Below, piece after piece: positions 27,000 to 36,976 of a stretch of 64,000 nt of DNA. The notes beneath the pieces were generated by a model. That model did not search any database, was not told the origin of the DNA, and saw nothing but the letters and a program-made list of their open reading frames with translations. Numbering within the stretch: the stretch's first letter is position 1; every line of letters begins with the position of its first letter. The stretch comes from Pseudomonadota bacterium. Its GTDB lineage: Bacteria > Desulfobacterota > Desulfobacteria > Desulfobacterales > JBDRRP01. The DNA lies in contig JBDRRP010000009.1 of assembly GCA_043825735.1 (NCBI GenBank), forward strand, positions 62,001 through 126,000, read 5' to 3'. The translations under genes were made by a program, and so were the position numbers.

Positions 27000-28730
27000 T
27001 CAACCCGCCATGAGCGCGCCGGTCAGTGAAATGATACCGCACAGGATGAACACCGATTCGGTGGCGAACTCCAACCGGATACCGGCCATGATCGCACCGC
27101 GCTGATAGGCGCGCATGAGGCCGGTGAAGGATAGGGGGCACACTGCCAGCGCCGCTGCCACCGGCGGCAGCAATCCATTGCCGGCGGCCGTCAGCAGCGT
27201 TGCCATGCCGGCTGCCAGAAGGACGTAGAGCATCCATAGCGTCTTTTGCTCGCCCATCAAAATCGGGATGGTTTCTTTACCCACGATGCGGTCGCCCTGA
27301 ATATCGAGCAGGTCGAAAAATGCCGTCCGGACGAACACCATGCAGGTGGCCCAGCCGAGGACAGCGGCAACCGCCCCCCAGGAAACGCGCGGTTCGGTGA
27401 CCGCGGGCAGCAGTGTGGTGACAACACCCCAGGCCGCGGCAATGAGCACGGTCTTTGATCCCGGTATGTCTTTGATCCGGCGGTAGCGTGCCCGGATGGA
27501 CGGGGGCAGCACGTTGAGGTTGTAAGAGAGTCCGGTGGCGCTGATGGCGGTAAGGATGATGGTTGCCAGGATACCCAGGGTGTAGGCCGTCAACAGGCCG
27601 GCACCCCCTGCCAAAAGGGCCAGGGTCGATAGTGACAGGCGGTGGCGTGAGTAGAAATTGGCCCGCACCGGGTCGTTGTAGCGATCTGACTTGCTGCCGG
27701 TGAGGTGGTTGAGGGTGTGCATGGACTGGACGTAAAGTGCGGCAATGAAGACATAGGGGAAACTGTCGTTGACCTGCAGCAGTTGGGTGCAGGCATAGCA
27801 CAGGCACCCGGCGCCGATGGAGACATAGATGTTGGTCAGCAAAAGGGCCCGCTGAATGTTGAACGCCCAGCGCCGCAGGCGTGACTGCCTTGAGATGGGC
27901 AGCATTTCGAGCTTCCTGCAGACGCGGCGGATGATCCAGTTGGGGGTAGAGGCCCCGGCGGTGATGCCGATGGTCTCGGCGCCGGCCAGGGCGTCCAGAT
28001 CCAGTTCGCGTTCGGTTTCGATATGGAAGGTCGGCTTGCCGGTCTGCCGTGCGATTTCCGCAAGCCGAAGGGTATTGCCGCTGTTTTTTCCGCCGACGAC
28101 GATGATGACGTCTACAGCGTCGGCCAGTTCCGCCACTTCGGCCTGTCGTTTATGGGTGGAATCGCAAATGGTATCGAAGACGGTATAGTGGGGATGGCGC
28201 TCGGCGGCCCACGTCTTGACGGTTTCGAAAAACCGGGCGTTCTGGGTGGTCTGTGCGACGATGATGGCCGTGTCGAAGTCCGGCAGGGCGTCAAGGCCGT
28301 CCAGGGTATTGACCACCACCCCCCGGCTTCCGGCATACCCCAGCAGGCCAACCACTTCGGGATGGTCCTCGTCGCCGATGATGATAACGGCCGATCCATT
28401 CTGGGCATGAGAGTGGATGATGCGCTGGACCTTGATCACGCGGGGGCAGGTGGCATCGAGCACCTCGAAGCCGGCGATCTTCAACTCGGAGGCGGTTTCG
28501 GGGGGAACCCCGTGGGCACGGATCAGTGCCGTCCCGCAGCCGTTTTCCGGGATGCGGTCGATGGTGCCGATACCCTTTTCTTTGAGGCTTTCCAGGACCT
28601 GGGGGTTGTGGATAAGGGGACCGTAGGTGCAGATCGGCCCTTTGCGGGTGCCCGGCGCGTCCAGCACCATCTCGACAGCGCGACGCACCCCCATGCAGAA
28701 TCCGGCGGTCCTGGCGATGACGATTTTCAT
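27000..28730 (-). CDS. ispH: IspH (LytB) fused to a C-terminal UbiA-like prenyltransferase domain
   Basis: GFCMGVRRA, IHNP, RAHG, DATCPRV, HPEV, QTT, TICDST, SGN and TAGASTP motifs; C-terminal TM domain with IKDIPGSK and DLLDIQGD..VGKETIP. Confidence 0.92.
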   Translation of the reverse strand: MKIVIARTAGFCMGVRRAVEMVLDAPGTRKGPICTYGPLIHNPQVLESLKEKGIGTIDRIPENGCGTALIRAHGVPPETASELKIAGFEVLDATCPRVIKVQRIIHSHAQNGSAVIIIGDEDHPEVVGLLGYAGSRGVVVNTLDGLDALPDFDTAIIVAQTTQNARFFETVKTWAAERHPHYTVFDTICDSTHKRQAEVAELADAVDVIIVVGGKNSGNTLRLAEIARQTGKPTFHIETERELDLDALAGAETIGITAGASTPNWIIRRVCRKLEMLPISRQSRLRRWAFNIQRALLLTNIYVSIGAGCLCYACTQLLQVNDSFPYVFIAALYVQSMHTLNHLTGSKSDRYNDPVRANFYSRHRLSLSTLALLAGGAGLLTAYTLGILATIILTAISATGLSYNLNVLPPSIRARYRRIKDIPGSKTVLIAAAWGVVTTLLPAVTEPRVSWGAVAAVLGWATCMVFVRTAFFDLLDIQGDRIVGKETIPILMGEQKTLWMLYVLLAAGMATLLTAAGNGLLPPVAAALAVCPLSFTGLMRAYQRGAIMAGIRLEFATESVFILCGIISLTGALMAG

Positions 28731-28777
28731 CGCAGTGCGTGCGCTCCTTTGCGGCGGTTCACCCCGTTTTCCGAAAC

Positions 28778-28966
28778 TTACAGCGGCTGCAGGTAGATGT
28801 TGTGGTCCACCAGCGCCAGGGCGTGAATGCGGGCCTTGACGAATTTTTGTTCACCGAAGATGCTCACCAGGCGAAGGCCTTCTTCTTCGGGTTCGACCGT
28901 ATCGACCGCTTCCATGAGCAGGGTTTTTTCTTCTCCTTGAAGGAGATAGGCTTTGGCTTCGCACAT
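28778..28966 (-). CDS. cooT: CooT-family nickel-binding protein
   Basis: 62 aa MCEAKAYL...LMEAV...SIFGEQK...LVDHNIYL with Cys2 and a C-terminal His; GGAGG RBS. Confidence 0.85.
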   Translation of the reverse strand: MCEAKAYLLQGEEKTLLMEAVDTVEPEEEGLRLVSIFGEQKFVKARIHALALVDHNIYLQPL

Positions 28967-28982
28967 ATCCGATTCCTCCCGT

Positions 28983-29435
28983 TCAGGCGTGCAAACAGTG
29001 GTTGAGATGTTTTTCGATGAGTTCTTCGATGAGATGCGGCAGCGGCGCCGCGGCGACACCGATGATATCGATCTTTTCCTGTGACAGCGGCAGGAGCAGT
29101 TTTCGGGCGCTGCTGCCGGAAACGGCTTCGGCCATTCTGGGGGTCACCTCACCCATCATGGCGTGGGCCATGATGATGCCCAGCGGGCCGATGATGACGT
29201 CGGCACGCGCGGCGGTCTGTACGATGGCGTTTTCACCGGACGCTCCGCGGTTGGCCTTGGCTTTGAGCATCTGTGCCGTGGCAATGGCGTTTGTGCCCAG
29301 GGCGATGATTTCGATGCGCTGGCCATATTCAGCGTTGAGCCGCTTGATGATCGCGCTGCCGATACCGCCCCCCTGTCCGTCAATGACGCATACCGTTTTC
29401 ACTGTGCCATCCCTTTCCCAGCCAGTGTCATCCAT
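28983..29435 (-). CDS. DUF3842-family protein
   Basis: VIDGQGGGIG, ALGTNAIATAQMLKA, GASGENAI and GEVTP.MA motifs; start may be GTG at 29402. Confidence 0.85.
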   Translation of the reverse strand: MDDTGWERDGTVKTVCVIDGQGGGIGSAIIKRLNAEYGQRIEIIALGTNAIATAQMLKAKANRGASGENAIVQTAARADVIIGPLGIIMAHAMMGEVTPRMAEAVSGSSARKLLLPLSQEKIDIIGVAAAPLPHLIEELIEKHLNHCLHA

Positions 29436-29581
29436 AAATACCCCTCCCCCTGGTGGTGGGAGGGGACAGGGGCGGGGGCGCAAGGCGCCTCCCATGGGTG
29501 GCACCAGCTATTGCCCGGCCGGCATGATGCGTTAGCAGATCTCCCCGGGAGGGTCAACTCGCGCTTGTTTTTTGCAGCCTG

Positions 29582-30106
29582 TTACAGCTTTTCTTGTTTG
29601 CGCTGCAGTTGCCGCTGCTTTTTGGACAGCCGGCGACCAGGGCCTTTTTTGCGCGTGGTGGGCGTCCAGCCTTTCGAATCCTCTTCGAATGCGCCCCCGC
29701 CGGCGTCCATCAACGCCGCCATCCTCAGTTTCTCCTCGAAGTCCGGGGCGCTGATGACGGCGCAGCCGCTGTGCTGGGCCGATGCGATGATGTCCCGGTC
29801 AGATGTGACCACCATGGCGTTCTCCCGCATGGCGGCGCCCATGCGTTTGATGACCTGATCGGCCGTCTCTTCATGGCGTGAGAACACGATCGCAATACCC
29901 TGGGACTGGTCCCGGTTGGGCACCCCCCATGCGGCGTCCATTCCGTCAAAGACAACGGTGATGCGGTGTTTTTTGAGTTTGCGGTAGGCGGCCAGCAAAT
30001 CGAGCAGCGCCGCGCGCCCGTCCTGGATATCCGCCGCATCGATGCGGCTCAGGGCGGCGGATTGACGAATGAGATTGTAGCCGTCGATGAGAATATGGAC
30101 GGACAT
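29582..30106 (-). CDS. NYN-domain (YacP/Rae1-like) ribonuclease-family protein
   Basis: ILIDGYNLI, VVFDG, ETADQVI and VVTSDR motifs. Confidence 0.88.
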   Translation of the reverse strand: MSVHILIDGYNLIRQSAALSRIDAADIQDGRAALLDLLAAYRKLKKHRITVVFDGMDAAWGVPNRDQSQGIAIVFSRHEETADQVIKRMGAAMRENAMVVTSDRDIIASAQHSGCAVISAPDFEEKLRMAALMDAGGGAFEEDSKGWTPTTRKKGPGRRLSKKQRQLQRKQEKL

Positions 30107-30138
30107 GTTACCTACTGGGCCGCAAGGCAGACATGGTT

Positions 30139-31029
30139 TTAACGCGGGACAAGCAGCGCCAGGAGTCGATCCAGATCGTCGTCGTTGTAAAATTGAATCT
30201 CCACTTTCCCCTGTTTTTGCCGGCGGGAAATCTGAACCTTGGTGCCGTAGTGACGGGACAGATCTTCCGCGATGCGGGAATAGTGAACGGTTTCGGATCC
30301 AGGCGAGCGGGGCGTGGGTGTCGATGCTGCCTTTTTCAGCCGGTTGACCAGTTGTTCGGTCTGCCGGACAGTCAACTGCCGCTGGATCACCTCGCGATAG
30401 GCGGCCAGTTGACGGGGTTGCTGGTCAAGCCCCAGCAGTGCACGCGCATGCCCGGCACTGAGCGTTCCGTCGGCGAGTCCTTCACGAATGGGCTGCGGCA
30501 GGTGCCGCAGCCGCAGAAAATTGGCCACAGCCGAGCGGCTCTTGCCCACGCGGGTGGCAACCTGGTCCTGGGTGAGGCCGAATTCGGTCATGAGCCGATG
30601 GTAGGCGTCGGACTCCTCCACCGGGTTGAAATCTTCGCGCTGGATATTTTCGACAATGCTCATTTCCAGCACTTCGGCATCGGAGAGATCGCGCACGACC
30701 ACCGGCACTGTCTCAAGGCCGGCCATGCGGGCCGCGCGCAACCGGCGCTCGCCGGCGACCAGCTCGTACCCGCTTTCGGCCTGCCGTACCAATAGTGGCT
30801 GGATAATGCCCTGGCTGCGAATGGACTCGGCCAGTTCCGCCAGTTCCTCGGGCATGAAACGGCTGCGGGGCTGGTAGCGGTTGGGCTGGATCACATCAAG
30901 CTTACAGAAGAAATAGGGTTTGGGAGCGGTATCTGTCGGCGCATCAAGTCTAAGGTTCGGTATGAGGGCATCAAGCCCTTTGCCCAACACCATCTTTTTA
31001 CGTTTCTTAATCGGAGTGGGTTCTGTCAT
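30139..31029 (-). CDS. parB: Chromosome partitioning protein ParB/Spo0J
   Basis: LGKGLDAL, QPRSRF, GIIQPLLVR, AGERRLRAA, ENIQRED and HTH GKSRSAVAN.LRL. Confidence 0.97.
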   Translation of the reverse strand: MTEPTPIKKRKKMVLGKGLDALIPNLRLDAPTDTAPKPYFFCKLDVIQPNRYQPRSRFMPEELAELAESIRSQGIIQPLLVRQAESGYELVAGERRLRAARMAGLETVPVVVRDLSDAEVLEMSIVENIQREDFNPVEESDAYHRLMTEFGLTQDQVATRVGKSRSAVANFLRLRHLPQPIREGLADGTLSAGHARALLGLDQQPRQLAAYREVIQRQLTVRQTEQLVNRLKKAASTPTPRSPGSETVHYSRIAEDLSRHYGTKVQISRRQKQGKVEIQFYNDDDLDRLLALLVPR

Positions 31030-31038
31030 CAAATTCCT

Positions 31039-31803
31039 CTATGCGAGACGGCGGATCACTTCTCCGGCCAAGTTCAGGTAGCTGATCGCACCGGCGGAAT
31101 TGGCGTCGTAAAGCAGGATCGGTTTACCGAAGCTTGGGGCTTCGCCGAGCCGGACATTGCGGGGCACCGTTGTGGTGAATACCAGGTTGTTAAAATGCTT
31201 TTCGGCTTCTTCGGCCACCTGCGTCGACAGGTTAGTGCGTTTGTCGAACATGGTGAGCACGATGCCGCAGATGTCGAGATTCGGATTGAGTCCGTTTTTG
31301 ATGCGGTTCATGGTCTGGATGAGCTGCCCCAGACCTTCCAGTGCATAAAATTCGCATTGCAGTGGAATCAGCAGTGTCGTGGCGGCGGACATGGCGTTGA
31401 CAGTCAAAAGACTAAGTGACGGCGGGCAGTCGAGGATGATGAACTCAAAGCGCGGGCTAATGGCTTCGAGCAGGTTCTTTAAAGCCATTTCTCTTCCGCG
31501 GACGGCCATCATTTCAACTTCGAAACCGATGAGGTCCACCAGGGAAGGGATGATTTTGAGGTAGTCGATATCCGTGTCGCAGATGAGGCTTTCCGCAGAC
31601 GCCTCCCCGATCAACCCCTGGTAGAGGTTGTTGACGATGGCCTGTTTGTCGATACCGACACCGGTGGTGGCATTGCCTTGAGGGTCGCAGTCGACGATAA
31701 GGGTAGGGCGTTCGGAAACGGCCAGCGAAGCGGCCAGATTGATGGCGGTGGTCGTTTTTCCCACGCCCCCTTTTTGGTTGGCGATGCAAATGATGTGTGC
31801 CAT
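31039..31803 (-). CDS. parA: Chromosome partitioning ATPase ParA/Soj
   Basis: NQKGGVGKTT, DPQGNAT, DCPPSL and PRNVRLGEAPSFG motifs. Confidence 0.97.
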   Translation of the reverse strand: MAHIICIANQKGGVGKTTTAINLAASLAVSERPTLIVDCDPQGNATTGVGIDKQAIVNNLYQGLIGEASAESLICDTDIDYLKIIPSLVDLIGFEVEMMAVRGREMALKNLLEAISPRFEFIILDCPPSLSLLTVNAMSAATTLLIPLQCEFYALEGLGQLIQTMNRIKNGLNPNLDICGIVLTMFDKRTNLSTQVAEEAEKHFNNLVFTTTVPRNVRLGEAPSFGKPILLYDANSAGAISYLNLAGEVIRRLA

Positions 31804-32005
31804 AATGCCGGGGTTTCTATCACAAAAAGGATGGTTTGGAAAGCTGATCCATCATTTAGCAGAAACAGATGGGTGTTAAAATATAACGAAAATTCAATGA
31901 GATAAAACGCGGCATGCTAACGCCATGCTTTCTGCCCCGGCTGTGTTGGCCGCCGGGGCACGGTCAGTGCTCGGTGCCGCCTTTCGCATTGGTTCAGAGG
32001 TCATC

Positions 32006-33421
32006 ATGCGTTTTTTTTCTGCTGTGAGAGTGCCGCTGTGCTGGATCATGGCCGCCTGGTTGTTTATCGCGCCGGCAACGGCCAGCGCCCTTACCATCAC
32101 CGAGGAAGAGGCGCTGGGAAAAGATTTTGCCAGGATGGTGGCGCATCAGTACCAGGTCATCAAAGACCCGTTCATCGATACCTACATCAACCGCCTGGGA
32201 CGGCGCCTTCTCAGCGCGTTTCCGCCGCAGCCGTTTGTCTACCATTTCAACGTTGTCAAAGAAGATGTCTACAACGCGTTTGCCGGCCCCGGTGGAAACG
32301 TCTATTTCAACAGCGGCCTGATCATCGCGCTCGACTATGAAGACGAACTGGCCGGCATCGTGGCCCATGAAATCGCCCATGTGGATTCACGCCACATCAG
32401 TGAGCAGATCGATCGGTCCAAGAAGATCAACACGGCCATGCTGGCCGGTGTGGTGGCCAGCATCTTTCTGGGAGGCGCCGGGGCAGCCACAGCGGCCAGC
32501 GCGCTCGGTGTCGGCTCCATGGCCGCTGGACAGAGCGCCACCCTGTCGTATTCGCGACAAAACGAAATCGAAGCCGATAAAAAGGGGCTCACATATATGG
32601 CCGATGCCGGCTATGCCAAGGAGGGGATGCTGGGGGCGCTCAACACCATCCGAAGCAAGCAGTGGTTTGGCAGGGAACAGGTACCGACCTACCTGATGAC
32701 CCATCCGGCGTTGGAAGACCGGCTGGTATATATCGGTTCGGTGTTGGACCAGGAGGGCGTCACCGCCAATTGGCATCAGCGGCCCGACGCTGAATTTCAG
32801 ATTGTCAAAGCGCGTCTCACGGCGCTTTTCAGCGACCTGGAAACAGGGCTGATGCAACTTCAGGGGGCGGTGACGCGAAATCCGAATTTTCCGTTCGCCC
32901 GATACGGACTGGGTCTGGCGCTCATGCGAAAGGGAGATACCGCGGCGGCCATCAACCACCTGGCGGCGGCCTCCACGATGCTGCCCACCTGGCCCATCGT
33001 CCGGAGCGATCTGGGGACGGCTTACTTTCTTGCCGGTTTCTATGGTGAGGCTCAGAATCTGCTCCGATCCGTCCTTGATGAAACCCCCAAGGACTACAGC
33101 GCGCGCCTCTATTTGGGGCGAACGCTGATGCAGACCGGCGACCTGAATGAGGCCGTCAGTGAGCTCGATGTGGTCGCGGAGGAAATGCCGCAAGACAGCG
33201 ACGCCCAGTTCTACCTTGGGGAGGCCTACCACCGGCTGGGAAATGCCGCCCAGGCGCACTTTCACCTGGGTGCCGCCTATTTTATCCGCAGGAATTTCAG
33301 CAGCGCCGCGTTTCACCTGGAGCGGGCGTTGGCAGCGGAGCTGCCCCCCGAACAGGCCGAAGATGCGAAAAAAATGCTGGAAAACCTGCCTGGAAGTCGC
33401 GAGAAAAAGAAGAAACCCTGA
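32006..33421 (+). CDS. M48-family metalloprotease with TPR repeats (BepA/YfgC-like)
   Basis: Signal peptide; NAFAGPGG, HEIAH, YSRQNEIEAD and YLMTHP motifs; C-terminal TPRs. Confidence 0.93.
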   Translation: MRFFSAVRVPLCWIMAAWLFIAPATASALTITEEEALGKDFARMVAHQYQVIKDPFIDTYINRLGRRLLSAFPPQPFVYHFNVVKEDVYNAFAGPGGNVYFNSGLIIALDYEDELAGIVAHEIAHVDSRHISEQIDRSKKINTAMLAGVVASIFLGGAGAATAASALGVGSMAAGQSATLSYSRQNEIEADKKGLTYMADAGYAKEGMLGALNTIRSKQWFGREQVPTYLMTHPALEDRLVYIGSVLDQEGVTANWHQRPDAEFQIVKARLTALFSDLETGLMQLQGAVTRNPNFPFARYGLGLALMRKGDTAAAINHLAAASTMLPTWPIVRSDLGTAYFLAGFYGEAQNLLRSVLDETPKDYSARLYLGRTLMQTGDLNEAVSELDVVAEEMPQDSDAQFYLGEAYHRLGNAAQAHFHLGAAYFIRRNFSSAAFHLERALAAELPPEQAEDAKKMLENLPGSREKKKKP

Positions 33422-33476
33422 GCGGCGCGCCGTACGGCTCTTTTATAAGATCGCATAATTACAAGCGATGGCCGAA

Positions 33477-33550
33477 AACCACGAAGTGCACGAAGGCCAC
33501 GAAGAAACCCATAAACTATAAGGGGTAAAACCTTCGTGTACTTCGTGGTT
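33477..33550. repeat. Compact complete family A palindromic repeat
   Basis: AACCACGAAGTGCACGAAGGCCACGAAG, AT-rich spacer, CTTCGTGTACTTCGTGGTT; between convergent genes. Confidence 0.9.
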
Positions 33551-33582
33551 TTGCGCTCTTAGGGTGATATCTGTCCGCCTTT

Positions 33583-35619
33583 TCAGCCGGCGCGGTCAAA
33601 TCTGGAAAACTGCATGCTGAAGGTGCCGCGTCCCTGGGTGGCGGAGCGCAGTGATGTGGAGTAGCCGAACATTTTTTTCAGTGGGACCGTGGCGTCAATC
33701 ACCTGGATGCCCTTGCGGTGGGAGATGGATTCGATTTTCCCTCCGCGGGCGCTGATGTCGCCAATCACATCCCCCATGAAAGATTCGGGGGCGTAGATTT
33801 CCACCTCCATGATGGGGTCCAGCAAAAAGGGGCCGGCGGCTTTCAACGCCTCTTTGCAGGCCATCGAAGCGCTGACCGTGTAGGCAAGCTCTGATGCGGC
33901 ACCGTCTCTGAAGGCGCCTCCGATCAGCACCGCTTCCACATCCACAACGGGATACCCCATAAGGGTGCCGCTTCCCAGCGACTCCATGACCCCTTTTTCG
34001 ATGGCGGGGATGTAGATGTCGGGAATGATGTCGGCGCCGATTTGTGATCGGAACACATTTTCCGTCCCCCGGGAAAGGGGCCGCAGCCGCAACCGGACTT
34101 CGGCAAAGTGCCGTTGGCCGGCCACCTCCTTTTCGAACACCGCCACGCCATCGGCGGCTTCCTGAATGGTTTCCCGGTAGACCACCTGGGGTTTGCCCAC
34201 ATTGACATCGGTATTGAATTCGCGCTGCATGCGGCTGATGATGATTTCCAGATGAAGCTCCCCCATTCCGGACAAAATAGTCTGGCCGGTTTCCTCATCT
34301 TTTTTCATCTGGAGGGTGGGATCTTCGTCGGTGAATTTTTCCAGGACCTGGTCGAGTTTGTCCTGGTCCGCGCTGGTTTTGGGCTCGACCGCGATAGAAA
34401 TGACCGGCTCGTAGGTGTCGATTCTTTCCAGCAATACGGGATGCTCCAGCGTGCACAGGGTTTCACCGGTCGAGGTATCCTTCAGACCCACCACGCCGAC
34501 GATGCTGCCGGCCTCGGCGTCATCGATGCGCTCGCGCTTGTTGGCATGCATCTTAAGTATTCTGGATATTTTTTCCTTCTGCTTACGAAAGGGGTTGTAG
34601 ACGTCTCCTTTAACTTTGAGCGTACCGCTGTAGATGCGGGCAAAGCACATTTTCCGGCCCTCGATCATGGAGACCTTGAAAATCAGGGCAGCCAGCGGCG
34701 CCTTGGCCGATGGCGGACACAGGACCGTCTCGCCGGTATCGGGGTGGACGCCCCTGATGGGCGGGATGTCAGCCGGGCTCGGCAGAAGGCTGACGATGGC
34801 GTCGAGGAGCAACTGGATTCCCTTGTTCCGCAATGCGCTGCCGCAAAGCACCGGGACCAGCTTCAGATCGATGGTTGCCTGCCGTATCGCCGATATCAGT
34901 GCGTCATTGTCGATCTCTTCTTCCGCCACATACGCTTCCATAATGGTGTCGTCGGTTTCAGCGATCGTCTCGATCATTTTTTCGCGGTGCTCAGTGGCCG
35001 CATCAACCATGCCCGCAGGGATTTCCACTTCGGTATAGGTGGTGCCCAGGGAGTCTTCATTCCAGATGATGTGTTTCATCCGTATCAGATCGATGAGGCC
35101 GTTAAAGGTGTCTTCGGCGCCAACGGGCAGCTGCATGATGAGCGGTTTGGCGCCAAGGCGCGATACCATCATTTCAACGGTGCCGAAGAAATCCGCTCCG
35201 ATGCGGTCCATCTTGTTGACGAAAGCGATTTTGGGGACTTTGTACCGGTCGGCCTGGCGCCAGACGGTTTCCGATTGGGGCTCCACGCCGCCCACGGCAC
35301 AAAAGACGCCGATGGCACCGTCGAGAACGCGCAGGGAGCGCTCCACCTCAATGGTGAAATCCACGTGGCCGGGGGTGTCGATGATGTGGATTTCGCAATC
35401 TTTCCACTGGCAGGTGGTGACGGCCGAGGTGATGGTAATGCCACGTTCCTGCTCATCGGGCATCCAGTCCATCGTCGCTTCACCGTCGTGTACCTCCCCC
35501 ATTTTATGGGATTTGCCGGTGTAGTACAAAATCCGTTCGGTGACCGTCGTTTTTCCGGCATCGATGTGTGCCATGATGCCGATATTTCGAAAGCTTTCGA
35601 TTTTTTGGGTCTTTTTCAT
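33583..35619 (-). CDS. fusA: Elongation factor G paralog (outside the str operon)
   Basis: [36 protein letters not shown] and LRSATQGRG; no rpsL/rpsG/tuf neighbours. Confidence 0.95.
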   Translation of the reverse strand: MKKTQKIESFRNIGIMAHIDAGKTTVTERILYYTGKSHKMGEVHDGEATMDWMPDEQERGITITSAVTTCQWKDCEIHIIDTPGHVDFTIEVERSLRVLDGAIGVFCAVGGVEPQSETVWRQADRYKVPKIAFVNKMDRIGADFFGTVEMMVSRLGAKPLIMQLPVGAEDTFNGLIDLIRMKHIIWNEDSLGTTYTEVEIPAGMVDAATEHREKMIETIAETDDTIMEAYVAEEEIDNDALISAIRQATIDLKLVPVLCGSALRNKGIQLLLDAIVSLLPSPADIPPIRGVHPDTGETVLCPPSAKAPLAALIFKVSMIEGRKMCFARIYSGTLKVKGDVYNPFRKQKEKISRILKMHANKRERIDDAEAGSIVGVVGLKDTSTGETLCTLEHPVLLERIDTYEPVISIAVEPKTSADQDKLDQVLEKFTDEDPTLQMKKDEETGQTILSGMGELHLEIIISRMQREFNTDVNVGKPQVVYRETIQEAADGVAVFEKEVAGQRHFAEVRLRLRPLSRGTENVFRSQIGADIIPDIYIPAIEKGVMESLGSGTLMGYPVVDVEAVLIGGAFRDGAASELAYTVSASMACKEALKAAGPFLLDPIMEVEIYAPESFMGDVIGDISARGGKIESISHRKGIQVIDATVPLKKMFGYSTSLRSATQGRGTFSMQFSRFDRAG

Positions 35620-36182
35620 CTTATTAACAGTATGTTGGCTTTGAGTGGCAATTGCAGATCAATGTGGCCGGCAAAGGTTTTTACCTCCTGGCCGTTGAAG
35701 AGCACTTTCACCTGTTCGATGTCGGGCATGTTCAGTACCAAAGCGTTGACGATGGAAAAGATACTCAGGGTTTCGGCCATGATGCCGCCCGGATGACGAT
35801 CCCTGGCGGTGTTGTCTAAATCGACCACGGCCGTCTTGCCCGGCGCAATATAAAAGCCCTTAACGGCGACACCGGCAGGCAGGGTCGGAGATAGAGAGGG
35901 GCTGCTCGGGCCCTTTACCAGTGCCTCCACGATGGCCCTGCCAACGCCCTGCGGGGCGCTTTGAGGGGGCATGATAAACTGCTCCGGTTTGAGCGCTCTG
36001 CCGCCTGCGTCGGCGAAGTAAAGCAGCACCGGTTCCTGTTGCAGTGGCGCCTCGTTCTCTGATGCGCGCTCCGGCACATCTACGGGCGCACACCACGCCG
36101 CCACGGCCATCAGGATCATGGCGGCGGCAGACAGCAGTGTTTTAATGGGCCTGTTCGGCGGTATTCTCCAGAAGCCGATCAT
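35616..36182 (-). CDS. GerMN-domain protein
   Basis: Signal or TM segment; LYFAD, LVKGP, TLP, VDL, SIVNAL, V.VLFNG and GHIDL motifs; stop overlaps the fusA start. Confidence 0.88.
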   Translation of the reverse strand: MIGFWRIPPNRPIKTLLSAAAMILMAVAAWCAPVDVPERASENEAPLQQEPVLLYFADAGGRALKPEQFIMPPQSAPQGVGRAIVEALVKGPSSPSLSPTLPAGVAVKGFYIAPGKTAVVDLDNTARDRHPGGIMAETLSIFSIVNALVLNMPDIEQVKVLFNGQEVKTFAGHIDLQLPLKANILLIR

Positions 36183-36304
36183 GTCTTCACTGCTCCATCA
36201 GGCAGTTCGTCAGAGCCACTATCTATGTCAATACGCTTCAGACTGTCAAGGCGGCGGAGATTGTCGTTACAGGCGTGCCGGTCGGTGCCGTGCTGGCATA
36301 TGGT

Positions 36305-36976
36305 CTATCCCGGTCGGCCGTTCATGGCAGTCTCCATGCGATAGAACTCAACAGGGAAGTTGGTGATTTCGTAAACGTGGATGGGGTAAAGGATGCCTTT
36401 AAACTGGCGCGTGATTTTGCCGCTGAGATCGATGTTGATGTTAAACTGTTTCAGCAAAATCCGGACTTCGTTGGAAATCATCATCTTGGAGGCCATGCCT
36501 TGGCGGGAAAGCCCTTCAATACGTTTGGCCAGGTTGATGGCATAGCCTTCGGGCTTCGGAGGCATATCCGGGGACACGCGGGAGCGCAAGATGATTTTAC
36601 CCGTGTGAACCCCGACGGCGATTTCCGAAGCGATCTTAGCCTCTGCTACGCGCTTGATGTTGAAAGAGGACTGAAACCAGAGTGATTTCATATACGAGGC
36701 CAGCATCAGGGCCGTATAAAGGTTCTTTCGGGTATCGTCCGAGTAAAGGATCGCGCAGGTTTCATCGCCCCGTACGTCAAAGGTGATGTCTTTTTCCGCC
36801 ACGCGGGAGAGCTCGAACACCCGCTCCTTGGCGTCGTACATGGTGATTTGAAACTCTTCCAGGAATTCGTCGTACTCGTAGAGTCCTAGCGTGTCGGAAA
36901 ACACTGAAGAGTGAATGATGTCCGCAAAGAGAATAACGGCCTGCCGTGGCAGGACTTTCCGCGGCTTATCCTTCAT
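36305..36976 (-). CDS. Stand-alone class III nucleotidyl cyclase domain protein
   Basis: ILFADI (metal Asp1), RGDE (Asp2), VGVHTG, INLAKRIE (transition-state Asn/Arg), MISNE and FKG. Confidence 0.82.
   Translation of the reverse strand: MKDKPRKVLPRQAVILFADIIHSSVFSDTLGLYEYDEFLEEFQITMYDAKERVFELSRVAEKDITFDVRGDETCAILYSDDTRKNLYTALMLASYMKSLWFQSSFNIKRVAEAKIASEIAVGVHTGKIILRSRVSPDMPPKPEGYAINLAKRIEGLSRQGMASKMMISNEVRILLKQFNINIDLSGKITRQFKGILYPIHVYEITNFPVEFYRMETAMNGRPG

Noticed and set aside
30139..31925. parS sites or a replication origin near parAB
   Set aside because: No TGTTTCACGTGAAACA-like palindrome or DnaA-box cluster was noticed; the by-eye search was not exhaustive.
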